This document shows positions 1 through 12,385 of a stretch of DNA of 53,370 nucleotides, piece after piece. The stretch is from a virus. Taxonomy: Duplodnaviria; Heunggongvirae; Uroviricota; Caudoviricetes. A model generated the notes under the pieces. It had not been told where the DNA came from, did not search any database, and saw only the letters and a program-made list of their open reading frames with translations. The stretch lies in IMG/VR virus record IMGVR_UViG_3300029906_000160, one strand, 5' to 3'. A program made the translations under genes and the position numbers. Within the stretch, counting starts at the first letter, position 1; every line of letters begins with the position of its first letter.

Positions 1-2
1 AT

Positions 3-1784
3 GTATCAGAATATGAGTGTGCTGCTCAAAATATTTTAAACTATGTAAAACATTCACGTGATCTCGACTTAAAAAATAAAATGCGTGAATTATTTACAGA
101 TTTATTAATTTCTGGTATTTGCTATTATAGAACAAAACCTTCTGGTAGTGGAGAAAATCTTAAATTAGAAATTCTCAATCCTCTTGATACATTTATTGAA
201 AGAAATAGAAACGAATTCTATTTAAATAAGTCTCCTCGTTCCGTTATTAGGAGATGAATGACAGAAGAACAAATTAGGTATGAATTCGAAGATGAACTTT
301 CACCGGAAGCTAAAGCTATTCTTAAAGATTATGCATCTAAAGGAGAACGAAATTATAATACAGTATTTATAAGACAACCTCGTTCTATAGAAGGTGAAGA
401 TAATCAATATCAAGCAACAAGAGTAGTTCCTTCTCCAGGTATTTTAGGAGGATTGGAAGTTACACCTGTATTCCCATGAAATGAAACTGGAATGTACAAT
501 TATAATAATAATCCTGTAATTCCTGTTTATGAATGCGAATGACTTGTTTGGGATAAGGATAAGAAACGGGTTACCAAGCATGAAGGTGTAAAAATTGGAG
601 AGGAAATATTTATCACTAGAGGTGAATCAAAATATATATGTAGAAGTCAATCGGATCCAAGAAGTTGTAGTTTATCAGTAAACGGAATGTTCTTTAGCGA
701 TAAAAACGGTCAACCATTTAGTCTTATGCTTAATACTATGGGAATGCAAGACAAATACGATCTCTTATTATACTATAGAGATAATTTAATTGCATCTAGT
801 GGTACAGTAGGAGATTGGATTGATATAGCTCATATTCCTAGCGCTTTAGGCGTTGAACTTCCAGAAAAACTCGCTAAATGAAAGGCATATAAAAAGAACG
901 GTCTTGCGATAATCGATTCTTCAGAAGAAGGAATTCCTTTAAATACAACATTTAATGGATTTGATGATACAGTAAAAGCTCAATCTATTCAAGCTATACA
1001 AATAGCAATAGATTCTGTTGAACAACAAGTTTGTCAGACAACTGGAGTGTTCCCAGAAAAGCTTGGGGGAATACAACAAAGAGACGCTGTAAGTAATGTA
1101 AAAGTAGGTATTCGTCAATCGACAATACTTACGAAACAGTATTTTTATGCAATGGATTTGATGTATAAAGAGATTAATTATGATCTTTTAAATCTTGCAA
1201 AATTTGTTTATAAACATGGTTTAACTGGAACAATTATTCTTGGCAATAAAGTTAAGCAAATATTTACTGCTCTTCCAGAATATTATACTGTAACTGATTT
1301 TGATATTCATATTCAAGATAGCTCAGAAATGTTTAGAGTTCGTGAAACTTTAAATCAACTTAGTATCGAGTTTGTTAAAAGTGGACAAGCTGATCCTGCC
1401 ATGATTATTAATACAATGATGGCTAAGAATATGACTGAAATGAAAGATTATCTTGAAGAAGCTCTTGAAGAGAAGAAACAAGAAAATAACGCAATTCAAC
1501 AGTTACAACAACAAGTACAACAACTTGATCAACAGAATAAACAGCTTAATCAACAATTACAGAAAGCTCAAGCTGAAAATGAGAGACTTAATTCTCAGAT
1601 TCAGCAAAATAATAATCTTAAATGAGATATTGAAAAGAAGAAAGTTGCACTTCAAGAACAAGAGATTAGAGATAAGAGAGAAAATGATAAAAAGCTTACA
1701 GAATTAAAAGAAAAGGAACTTACTGTCGAAATTGCACAGCTTAACGACGGAAATCCATATAATGATCGCATAAGAAATTCGTAG
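3..1784 (+). CDS. Portal protein, 5' partial (TGA=Trp)
   Basis: Track ORFs 258, 687 and 1047 share one frame separated only by TGA; first TAA/TAG is TAG 1782-1784. VYECEW-type motif, C-terminal Gln-rich coiled coil and position at the head of the virion block fit a Crassvirales portal. Confidence 0.8.
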
Positions 1785-1785
1785 T

Positions 1786-2523
1786 ATGAATTTAAATATT
1801 ACAACAAATATATCTAAATGTAATTGTCAATTTTGTGCAATTGATAATACTGATTATTCTACTATGTTAGATAAACTGGTATTTGTTGAATTTTTGTGCT
1901 ACTTTGCGTATAAAGACGATGCTAATACATTGCTTCCAATTAAACAATCAAAGAAAATATCTATAGGTTCCGAAAATGATTATAAAACATATGGATATAA
2001 TTTTGATTATGATGGAAGATACATATATAATAAATACGCTATTTACAATATAGAATCTTTATATTCAGATAATCAATATTTGATTAAAGATAAAATTTTT
2101 TATTATAATAATAATATTTATATAGGTTTACAAAATGTTAATTCGTTACAAGAAATAAATGCTTCTAATAGTAATATGATTTCTAATTGGTATGAATTAA
2201 AAAACTATATTGGACAATATATTAATTATTTTTATACCACTGAATTATTTACTATATGTAAATTAAACAAATGTGTTATTAATTATCAAAAACAAACACT
2301 ATTTAATAAATTAGAATCTTGTAAGAAGATTTGTAAAACAGACGATACAAAAGAACTTCGAGATTTCTTATTTATAAGTGTTCACGTATTAAGCTATTTA
2401 ATCTGTAACGAAAATTATGAAGAAGCACAAAGAATTTTAGAAAGTTTATCTGCTTGTGGAGAGCTTTGCAACGATACAGTCTTTTTAAACTCAACAAATA
2501 ATTGTAATTGTAAGAATGGCTAA
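1786..2523 (+). CDS. Cys-rich hypothetical virion protein (245 aa)
   Basis: Intact ORF starting 1 nt after the portal stop; CNC motifs at both ends plus CxxxC pairs. Confidence 0.7.
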   Translation: MNLNITTNISKCNCQFCAIDNTDYSTMLDKLVFVEFLCYFAYKDDANTLLPIKQSKKISIGSENDYKTYGYNFDYDGRYIYNKYAIYNIESLYSDNQYLIKDKIFYYNNNIYIGLQNVNSLQEINASNSNMISNWYELKNYIGQYINYFYTTELFTICKLNKCVINYQKQTLFNKLESCKKICKTDDTKELRDFLFISVHVLSYLICNENYEEAQRILESLSACGELCNDTVFLNSTNNCNCKNG

Positions 2524-2860
2524 GAAAATTTTTTGAAAAGATAATACTATACCTCCAACTAATCATATCTGGGCTAAAACAGACGATAATGGAAAAGTAA
2601 CTGGAATTTATGAACATGATGGAGATAAATGAGTATTAGTTAAAACACCTCAAACAGGTGATGGAGTTCCTATAACTAATATTCCAAATCAAGTTTATGT
2701 AACAGATAAGTATGGAAATCAAACATCTATTGAATATAGTGTAAATCCAGTTCCAAATACAATTGCAATGAGAGATGGAAGAGGCAATTTAAAAACAGGA
2801 ACTCCCGTTGAAAATGACGATTGCGTTCCTTTAAAATCATTCTCTTGAATTGAAGTATAA
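2516..2860 (+). CDS. Small fibre-associated protein (114 aa, 3 TGA-Trp)
   Basis: MAKKIFWKDNTIPPTNHIW...TIAMRDGRGNLKTGTP...FSWIEV-TAA; overlaps the upstream stop, and its TAA overlaps the next ATG (TAATG). Absent from the track because of TGA. Confidence 0.75.
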
Positions 2861-3045
2861 TGAACGAATTATATGCAATATTATATAAAACATATATTAG
2901 AGAATTACATCGTTTAAATATTGGTTATACATTAAATAAACAAAATATTCAATATATGTTTGATTTAATAAATACAATCGATTATATAGAAAATGGGGAT
3001 CCGACAGTTACTGAAATTTATAAAATCATAGCATATTATGAGTAG
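2860..3045 (+). CDS. Hypothetical protein (61 aa)
   Basis: TAATG-coupled start, TAG stop overlapping the next ATG. Confidence 0.65.
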   Translation: MNELYAILYKTYIRELHRLNIGYTLNKQNIQYMFDLINTIDYIENGDPTVTEIYKIIAYYE

Positions 3046-6000
3046 AATTTTTAGTAAGACTTTTAATTGTGATACAACCACAAGAAACTTAAATAAAGGT
3101 AAGTCATTTAGATTTAGTGAATGAGATAGAACTTCATTATTTGTAAATGACGAATATATACAAGATTTTGTCTCCTATGCAGGATCATTATATGCTTGTA
3201 TAAAATCAAATTCAAACATAACTCCATCTAACGAACAATATTGAAAATTAGTTATTTCTGGAGTAGAGGGTCCTCAAGGAGAAGTAGGAGAAACTGGTGC
3301 AACTTTTACACCACATGTATCTGAAAGTGGAGTATTGAGTTGAACAAACGATAAAGATCTTGAAAATCCAGTTTCTGTTAATATAAAAGGAGAAAAAGGT
3401 GATCCTTCAACTGTTCCTGGACCTAAAGGAGACAAAGGTGAAAAAGGAGATAGCATAGTAGGTCCTAAAGGAGACAAGGGTGACCAAGGAATTGGTTTAG
3501 AGTTTACTTGAAATGGTACTAAACTTGGAATCAGACGTGAAGGAGAAAGTAGATATACTTATGTAGATCTTAAGGGTGCTACAGGTACTAGAGGTATTCG
3601 TGGTCCTCAAGGTAGACAAGGAAATGAAGGTCCAGAAGGTCCGAAAGGTCCGAAAGGTGATTCATTATATATTCAAGTTTCTGATCCAAACGAATTAGGA
3701 CAAAGGTTTCTACAAAAGAGATATTCAGAAGATGAGCCTTGGGTTCCATTTTTTGATTTATCTGAAATGCGTGGAGAAAATGGTAAATCAATTATTGTTG
3801 AACGTGATAGTAGTGGTAATGTATATTATCATTATGAAGGTGAATCAAGTTCTAATAATAAATTATTGATTTATAAAGACGAAATAAAAGGTCCTAAAGG
3901 AGATACTATTGCAAAAACATATGTTGGAGACGATGGATATCTTTATATTCAATTATCTAACGAAAAAACTCCTCGTAGAGCCGGATATGTTCGTGGAGAT
4001 CGAGGAGCTGATGGACGTGAAATCGTATTAAGAACTTATACTGGTCCTAGTGAAGATCCAAATGATCCTCGTTTAGGCACTCATATTCAATGAAAATATG
4101 CTGGAGACGAATATAAATTATGAACTAATTTAATTCAAATTAATGAATTAATGAATGTTGCATTAATGGGAATTAAATTAGAATATAATTTAGAATATGA
4201 TACAGATGAAGACGGCGTTAAAACTAAATATGATGTTCTTGAAATTAATAGTTATCAAGTCGAATTTGATGAAGAAGGAAAATTAGTTTTAACTGATAAA
4301 ATAGCAAATATTTCAAGAGTTGCAATGCCAACACATACTCAAATCATATCTATTGAGTATGATGAAGAAAAGAATGAAATACAATTTATTCTTGATACTG
4401 CAACAGGTCAACAAGTAGTAGCTATTAATTGTGATCGATTTATTAAAGCAGGCGATGGAATTACTGTTGATCATGGTAATATTATTAACGTACATATTGC
4501 CGATGACAGTGAAGTCTTATCTGATAATTCACATATATTAACCGTTGATAAAGAAGGATTACGAATTCGTGGAGTTAAAGATAAACTTATCAAAGAAGTT
4601 AATTTAATTAAACATGATCGTACTAACGATACACATTATTATTCTTATGATTATGTAGCACAAGATGGCACAATATATCCAATTGAAATTCCAGATTTCA
4701 TAGAATGAGAAAATAATGATGATGGATCTAGACAAATTTTCTTTAGAAATAACGATAAACTTGTAAGTTGAGATAGTGAAAAAGTAATAAGAAACTTAAT
4801 TCATTTAGATGAAACAAATATTACACAACTTGGCGATGCAGAAGCATCAATAAATCTTAACGGAAAAGATTTAAATCCAACTTATAATCAACAAGAAAAA
4901 CTTGCTTTACTTTCTAACTTAGAGGAAGCAGTTACTGGATTACATTTAGTTAAAGAAGATGTGCCAGAAGAATCAGATTTAGCTGCTCGTTATTCTATTG
5001 CAGATAAAGACGGAAATCTTTTAGGAAATGTTCATATTGATGTTCTTAAGGATAACTATCTTAAAGATGTTGTTTATAACGAAGATACTTATACATTTAC
5101 TTTTGATTTTTGAGTAAATGATGATCCTGAAGAAGCGTCTCAAGTTAAAGTAGTTACTATTACTTTACAAAAGCTTTTTGATAATTTAAAGGCTCTTGTT
5201 GATAATCTTGAAGCAAAACATGACTCTGATATTCAAACAATCAGAGATGAACACAAACAGGATGTTAAAACTCTTAACGAAGCAATAGCTAAAAATGCTG
5301 AAGGTATAGAATCATTAAGAGAAAATCTTGAACAAGAAACTACTGACCGTAAAGCTGCAGATAATGTTCTTCAATCTAACATAGATGCTGAAGCACAAAC
5401 TCGTAAAGAAGAGGATGCAAAACTTCAGGAAGCACTTGATGCTGAGATTTCTCGTGCAATAGAAGCTGAACAAGTTATTGATTCTAAATTAAATGATGAG
5501 ATTGCTCGTGCTCAAGTTACTGAATCTCAAATTCAGACTAATTTAGATAACGAAATCGCTAGAGCAAAAGCTGCTGAAGAATCTCTTATTAATAAGACTG
5601 ATGAATTAAATCAGGATCTTATTGATACACAAAATAATTTAGCTGCCGAAATAATTCGTGCGTCTAATGCTGAACAACAATTACAAGAAGTTGTTACTGA
5701 TGCTTTAGCTAGTATTAATGGCAAAATAGATGAATCAGAAAAAGGTCAACCTAATGGTGTAGCTACTCTTGATGAAAATGGATTTATTCCTTCTACTCAA
5801 ATAAATGGTCAAATGGCACATGTATTTGGGGTTGATGGAGTTGCGACAGCTTCTACACTTCCAGCATTAACTAATTTAGATGTAGGAAAAATATATTGAA
5901 CTACTGATACTAAAGAATTTTACAATTGAAATGGATTATCTTGGGACGATCCAATGGCTCCTAAAGATGATACTATTTATAATTTTAGAAATTGTGATGC

Positions 6001-6724
6001 AACTGGAGACCCATCTCGTACTAATATTTTATATAGATGAGATGGAGAAAATTTAACTGAAATTTCAGAATCTCTTGCACTTGGAGAAGTAACAGGAACT
6101 GCTTATGAAGGAAATAAAGGTGCAGCTAATAGAGCAGCTATTAATTCTATTCCTGAATCATTAGTATCTACTTTAAAGATATCTTCTGATACATCTAAAG
6201 TTGATCTTAATTTAGAAACTGCGACTAAATCTGGGCTTAACTATAATGCAGTCGCATCTGTAGTTAAGAATATTCCAAATGCAACTAAATTAAGTGCTGG
6301 TGTTATTACTTCTGCAGAATATACCTCTTTAGTTGAAACTATTCCGAATAAATTAGTGGAATTAGAAACAGAACTTAATACTAAGCAAGATGCTGGAGAT
6401 TATGTTACTAATGAAGAATTAGAAGCCAAAGATTATGTATCTAATTCAGAATTAATAAATAAAAAATATCTTACTGAAGAAAAAGCTGCAGAAACTTACC
6501 AACCAATTGGAGATTATGCTACAAAAACAGAATTAGCAGCTAAACAAGATAAATTAGTAGCTGGAACAAATATAAAAACAATAAATGGCACATCTTTACT
6601 TGGATCTGGAGATATAGTTATAGAATCTGAAGTATTAGATGTACCAGATAATAAAATATACGCAAGGACTCAAGGATCATGAGTAGATCTTACAGACTAC
6701 CTTACTTGAGCAGAATATGATTAA
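3038..6724 (+). CDS. Long fibre protein with collagen-like and coiled-coil repeats (~1228 aa, TGA=Trp)
   Basis: Track ORFs 3767, 4151 and 6356 are in one frame from ATG 3038 to TAA 6722-6724. G-X-Y blocks, EI(S/A)RAxxAE repeats, GVATLDENG and SLALGE motifs typical of phage fibres. Confidence 0.8.
3260..3661 (+). repeat. Collagen-like G-X-Y blocks (GPKGDKG etc.)
   Basis: Three G-X-Y runs; near-identical cctaaaggagacaa(a/g)ggtga copies at ~3422 and ~3464. Confidence 0.85.
5330..5690 (+). repeat. Coiled-coil repeats E(I/T)xRAxxAE
   Basis: ETTDRKAAD, EAQTRKEED, EISRAIEAE, EIARAQVTE, EIARAKAAE, EIIRASNAE in frame. Confidence 0.75.
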
Positions 6725-6757
6725 TTATAAATTTTTAAAACATTAAAATTTAATTTT

Positions 6758-7827
6758 ATGGCAGTTTTAAAATTTTATCGTGGTTTAGAAGCTAGATATT
6801 CGTCTGTTACACATGCAGACGGTATTTACTTCTGTACCGATTCTCATAAAATTATGTTAAATGGAGAACAATACGGAGGTTCTTCATCTAAAACTGTAGA
6901 AGACGTTACATTAGACGGATCTACACTTACAATTCATTATACAGATGCATCAAGCGAAGAACTTGATCTTTCTGTGCTTGGAGGTACATATACTTCCGAA
7001 ATAGAAGATACTGAACTTGAAATGCCTTCTGCAGTAGGTGGTATTTCTAAAGGTACAACTGTAGGAGATCTTAATGGAAAGACAATTAATCAAATGTTTG
7101 ATGATCTTCTTTTTCCGACTGTAGATCCAACTTATGTAGCACCTAGTGCATCAATTGCGTTTAAGAGTTATGCTACTCTTCAGAAAGTTGGTTCTACTGG
7201 TCCAACTGAAGATAACTTTACAACTGGTTATAATCCAGGTGCAATTAACGTAAATGGAGTAAAACAAGCAGATCGTGGTGGTGCTCGTAAAGATGGTGAA
7301 TCGTTTATTTATGTAAATGGAGATCCAGCTAATAAGACTCTTCCTGCAACTCTTGCTCTTGGCAATACTACATTTAAATATCGTGCATCTTATGAAGCTG
7401 GCCCTCAGCCTAAAGATAATAAGGGAAATAATTATGGATCTCCACTTGCTGCTGGAACTGTAGATTCTTCTGCAATTACAGTAAATGGAACACATCCTTA
7501 TTATGCTTCTACTGCAACAGCAGGTCAGCAGATAAAGTAGGTCATGGACTTACAGTATCTCTTAATGGTACAGCACAGACTAAGTTTGACGGTTCTGCAG
7601 ATGTAGCATTTAATATTACTGCTGCTTCTGTAGGCGCTGCTGCTGCTTCTCATACACACTCAAACTATGTTCCTACAACAAGAACTATTAATAAAAAGGC
7701 TCTTTCTGCAGATATTACTTTAACTGCTGCTGACGTTAATGCAGATGCTGCTGGTAGTGCAACTTCTGCTCTTAATTCAGCTAAGAGTTATGCAGACGGT
7801 CTTTGGGTTTGGGCTGAATTTGAATAA
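6758..7827 (+). pseudogene. Tail fibre gene with a frame break at ~7527 (or two fused fragments)
   Basis: Frame from 6758 stops at TAG 7538-7540, but a fibre-like frame (SADKVGHGL...LWVWAEFE-TAA 7825-7827) starts at 7525 in the -1 frame with no evident start of its own. Confidence 0.6.
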
Positions 7828-7838
7828 TATATAAACTT

Positions 7839-7872
7839 AAGAGAGTGGAGATAAACTCTCTACTCTCTTTTT
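7839..7872 (+). terminator. Intrinsic terminator
   Basis: aagagagtggag / ctctactctctt stem (one G-U pair) followed by a T-run. Confidence 0.75.
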
Positions 7873-7890
7873 AATTTTAAATTTTTAATT

Positions 7891-9837
7891 ATGGCAATTA
7901 CAAATTATTTGGTACATTTTCTTACAAAAGACACATACACTTCTAAGAAATCAGAACTTAGAAATGATGCTGTTGCTTTTGTAAAAGATGCGACAATAAT
8001 TCATACACATGGAACTGATTATTATTGTGGATCTGGTCCTGTTGCACTTAAATCTGAATTATCAAATTATGCTACTACTAGTGCTCTTACATCAGGACTA
8101 GCTGGTAAAGCAAATGTGTCGCATACTCATACTATTTCTCAGATTTCTGGATTACAAACAGAATTAGATTCTAAACTTGAATCAGTTTCATTAGCCGACC
8201 TTGGAATTACAGCTACTGCTACTGAATTAAATTATGTAGACGGTGTTACTTCTAATATACAAACACAACTAAATAACAAAGCTGCTAGCTCACACAATCA
8301 TTCCGCCGCAAATATAACATCTGGAACTCTTGATCTTGATAGAATTCCTTCTATTACAGATGCAAAAATTACATCTGTTTCTGCTAGTAAGATTACAGGA
8401 ACTATTCCGCAAGCTAATCTTCCTAGTTATGTAGATGATGTATTGGAATATAGTTCAAAATCTTCATTTCCGAAAACAGGAGAAGCTGGAAAAATTTATG
8501 TAGATACTACTACTAACTTAACTTATCGTTGGGGTGGTTCATCTTATGTAGAAATTAGTCCTTCTCTTGCTTTAGGAGAAACATCTTCTACTGCATTTAG
8601 AGGAGATAGAGGAAAAATAGCTTATGATCATTCTCAAGCTACTGGAAATCCTCATAATCTTACTTTATCTAATTTAGGAATATCTGCTACTGCCGCAGAA
8701 CTGAACTTCGTGGACGGGGTCACCTCGAACATCCAGACCCAGCTCAACGGCAAGGCGAACACGTCGGCACTATCGGCTTACCTGCCGCTCGCAGGTGGGA
8801 CGATGAGCGGGACGTTAACCTTCCCGACGGCGACAGCGGCTTACAATTCGTTAGGTGTGAGATTCTCGGGCGTCTCCTCGAGAATAGGAGTAGATGCGGC
8901 GGGGGGCTTGGGATTATACGCGCAAGACGCCATATACTTGAGACCAAGCTGGACATACGGCGGAACGTCATACGGACTTATCATAAGAGCAAGTGACCTA
9001 ACATACAACGGGAATACGCTGCTCCACTCCGGCAACTTCACTTCCTACACTGTAACGAAAACTGGAGGTGGCGCTTCTGGTACTTGAAATATTAATATTT
9101 CTGGAACCGCTGCTAGTGCTAATTCAGTAGCTTGAGCTAATGTATCTGGAAAGCCTTCAACATTTACTCCAGCTACTCATACTCATACAGCAAGTCAAGT
9201 ATCTGGCCTTGCAAGGGTTGCAACAACTGGTTCATATAATGATTTAACTAATAAGCCAACTATACCTTCGATTCCGTCAATTAGTATTTCTACTTCAGGT
9301 AGTGGAAATGTAGTAACTGGAATTTCTGCAACTGGCCATACTATTACAGTAACTAAAGGTACTATTAGTTCAGTAGATACTAAGAATACAACCGGTACAT
9401 CTAACTCAAATAATAAACTTTACTTAGTTGGAGGTATAAGTCAATCACGTACTGGTATAGTTACATATTCTAATTCTTTAGTTTATACACAGAGTGGACA
9501 GCTTTATGCTTCTCAAATGAATGCAACTAATGGATTCTTTGAGACTTCTGATGCTAGATTAAAAGACTTTAAAGAAGATATAAAAGCGCTTGATACAATA
9601 GATCAAATTCCAACTAAGTACTTTACTTGAAAAGAAGATGAAAGTAAAGAATCGCAGATTGGTACATCTGCTCAAGAAGTAGAAAAATTATATCCAGAAT
9701 TAGTATCTAAAACAGAAGACAATACATTAACTGTAGATTATGCTAAGTTGTCTATTATAGCATTGGCAGCAATAAAAGAACTTAAGGCTGAAATTCAGTC
9801 TTTAAAAGAAGAAATCAAACAATTAAAATCAAAATAA
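7891..9837 (+). CDS. Tail fibre/spike with C-terminal intramolecular chaperone (peptidase S74-like), ~648 aa
   Basis: Read-through of TGA 9085-9087 gives SDARLKDF...AQEVEKLYPELV...VDYAKL plus a coiled coil ending at TAA 9835-9837; HTHT and ELNYVDGVTSNIQTQLN repeats. Confidence 0.85.
8692..9057 (+). other. High-GC in-frame module inside the fibre gene
   Basis: Hand count: 60% GC at 8701-8760 and 63% at 8761-8820, versus 35% at 8641-8700. Confidence 0.85.
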
Positions 9838-9839
9838 TT

Positions 9840-10019
9840 ATGACAATTGATACTAAAAAGAAACTTTTAAAAGCTCTTATAATTATAGTAGTTGTATTAG
9901 TAGGATGTGGAGTCCTCGCAGCTTCTAATTTTGGAGCATTACTTATGTATGTCGTTTCATTTGTACTTGGAATTGCAGCAACTAAAGCTTATCAGAAGAT
10001 TACTGGTTTAAAAGAGTAA
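9840..10019 (+). CDS. Small two-TM membrane protein, holin-like (59 aa)
   Basis: MTIDTKKKLLKALIIIVVVLVGCGVLAASNFGALLMYVVSFVLGIAATKAYQKITGLKE: two hydrophobic helices with basic ends. Confidence 0.6.
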   Translation: MTIDTKKKLLKALIIIVVVLVGCGVLAASNFGALLMYVVSFVLGIAATKAYQKITGLKE

Positions 10020-10022
10020 ATT

Positions 10023-10051
10023 AAGAGGGAGTGAAATATTCTCCCTCTTTT
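10023..10051 (+). terminator. Intrinsic terminator
   Basis: aagagggag-tgaaatatt-ctccctctt-tt. Confidence 0.8.
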
Positions 10052-10062
10052 AAAATTTTTAT

Positions 10063-12042
10063 ATGGCAGTAGATTTAAATTATGGAATTGGCGTTGAAGG
10101 TAAAAATTTAGTACTTAAAACTCTTGGACGCGTATATGTAAAGGTAAAAGATAGAAAATATGAACTTCCATTTAGACCAGAAGACTTTAGAGATTTAATT
10201 AAACAATATTCTGGAAATTCAAAATCTAATGAAGATACAGCAAGTATAATATTATTAAATTCTGCTAATGATATTAATAATTTAGAATATCCTGGAGATG
10301 GAGTTTTAATTTTAACAAGAGATGGATTATTTTATTATACAGAAAGTGGAGAATACACTCCAATTACTGTACAATTAATACAAAATGATTTAAATTTTGA
10401 AAATTTAACTTTATCCGGACAACTTATATTTACTGGAAATGGAACTTCGTTAGTTATTCCTAATACAAACTTAATACAAAATCTTAATGCAGATTTATTA
10501 GATGGATATCATGCTAATCAATTTGCAATTAAAACAGCTAATGAAACAATTTCTGGTCAATGAAAATTTGAGAATTTATTTAATTTTAAAACAGCTATAG
10601 GTAGTGATGTACTTCAAGATTTATATGGTCAAAAAATTAAAATAAATTTTAATACTGGAGAAATAAGCTGTAATACACTTCGTACAAACGAGATAATTAC
10701 TCCAAAACAAGAGACCACATTTGATACTGTATCTGGAATTGGTCAAGAAGTTTGAGTAGGAGTTCAAGTTCCAATAGAAGAAAGTACAATCTTAGAAGAA
10801 TTTGATAGTGATGATTATTACAAAATATTACTTATTTCTCAAGCATATAATAATGAAGAACTTCCAAATCCTTCAGAAATAGGATCTGGTTCTCAAAATT
10901 GAGATTTAGATTGATGATATGATTTATTTTTAGAATCATATAATGAAAATACTGGAAATTATATACTTAGAGATTTTTCTAATCAAGATGTTTGAAATGA
11001 ACAAAATGCTAAGTTTAATGGAACCAATTATTCCTTAAATGATTTTCAAAACATAATTGATGGATTATCAGAGCCTGATGCTTCAGAGTTTACAGGACCT
11101 TACTATTCTTTAACGATCTCAAATAACGTTCCTATTTTATCTTTAGTGCCTAATATGATTATTAAAGATAATGTTGGAAATATTGGATATATAGTTAATA
11201 GAGATGGTGTTTCTGTAATTATAAGAATGTTAAATTCTTCAACATCTTTACAAGGAGATCAAATTATATCTATAGGTAGTTTAAATCGTAATGGAGGAAT
11301 ATTATTTAATGCATTAAATCCTTCATTATCAATTCTTAAAAATGTTCTAGATAAAAATTCACACTCTGTTTATTTTGGAGAATTATCAAAAGTAGATAAC
11401 ACAAAATCAGGTATTGGAATGTTATTAAATGGAACAGAAGCAACAATTCCTGTTTCAGATACTACTAAAAATCTAATCGATAATTATAAATCTACTTCTG
11501 AAATAAATATAACAAATCCAGTAATTAAATGAGTATTTGGTGGTCAAAATACAACTGTTATTACACAAGATGGTTCTGGATATTTGTCTGGTAATAAAAT
11601 TATTTGAAATAAAGATAACTTAGTTGTATCAAATAGTTCTATTAGAGAATGTCACATAATGTGATCTACTCTGGATAATAATGATTATATATTTCTTGCA
11701 GATAGAGTGGAATTTCATAATGAATCTGGATTTATTTACGATACTCTTATATTTGATTCACAAGGTGTTATAAAGAATCTTCCGATTGGTCCTGCTGGAG
11801 GTAGTTTAACTGGAAATTATCCAAATCCAACTATTGCAGATGGAGTAATTACCGAAAATAATCTAAGTGCAGAGTTACAAGAAAAAATAGAATCTGGAGG
11901 AAGTTCATCTGTTGAAGAATTAAAAGAACAGATAGCTACACTACAGTCTAATTATAATGATTTATTATCTAGAATTGAAGCACTAGAAAATATAGTAGGT
12001 ACGTTAAATACAACTTTAGAAAATCGATTAAATGGAAACTAA
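10063..12042 (+). CDS. Tail/fibre-associated structural protein (~659 aa, TGA=Trp)
   Basis: Track ORFs 10063, 11146 and 11707 are one frame (includes a TGA-TGA pair); LNADLLDG and GPAGGSLTGNYPNPTI motifs, C-terminal coiled coil, TAA stop. Confidence 0.75.
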
Positions 12043-12043
12043 T

Positions 12044-12385
12044 ATGAAAAATGGAATTTGAACTAAAATAGTTATATGTATATTGTGTATAATGATTGGA
12101 ATTTTAGGATGCAATTATTATTGACTTAAAAAAGATTATCAACTTGTATCTAAGGATCGTGATAAATATGAACAAGTAGCTAGTGAATTACTTGAAGAAA
12201 ATTTAAAAAATAAACGCATTATTGATTCTCTTACTATTGATATAGAAGAATTACAAAAAGATATTCACGATATATCAAAATCTAAATATGAACTGGAATT
12301 TAAATTAGAACAATTTGAATTTAAAACTAATTTAGATGAAAATGTAATATTATTAAAAGAAAATATATGAAATTACTCGCATTAA
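12044..12385 (+). CDS. Membrane-anchored coiled-coil protein, spanin-like (113 aa, 3 TGA)
   Basis: MKNGIWTKIVICILCIMIGILGC then heptad-rich region; missing from the track because of TGA. Confidence 0.6.

Noticed and set aside
3038-12042. Diversity-generating retroelement acting on fibres
   Set aside because: No reverse transcriptase and no template/variable repeat pair differing only at adenines; the duplicated peptide at ~8200 and ~8690 differs by general synonymous changes.
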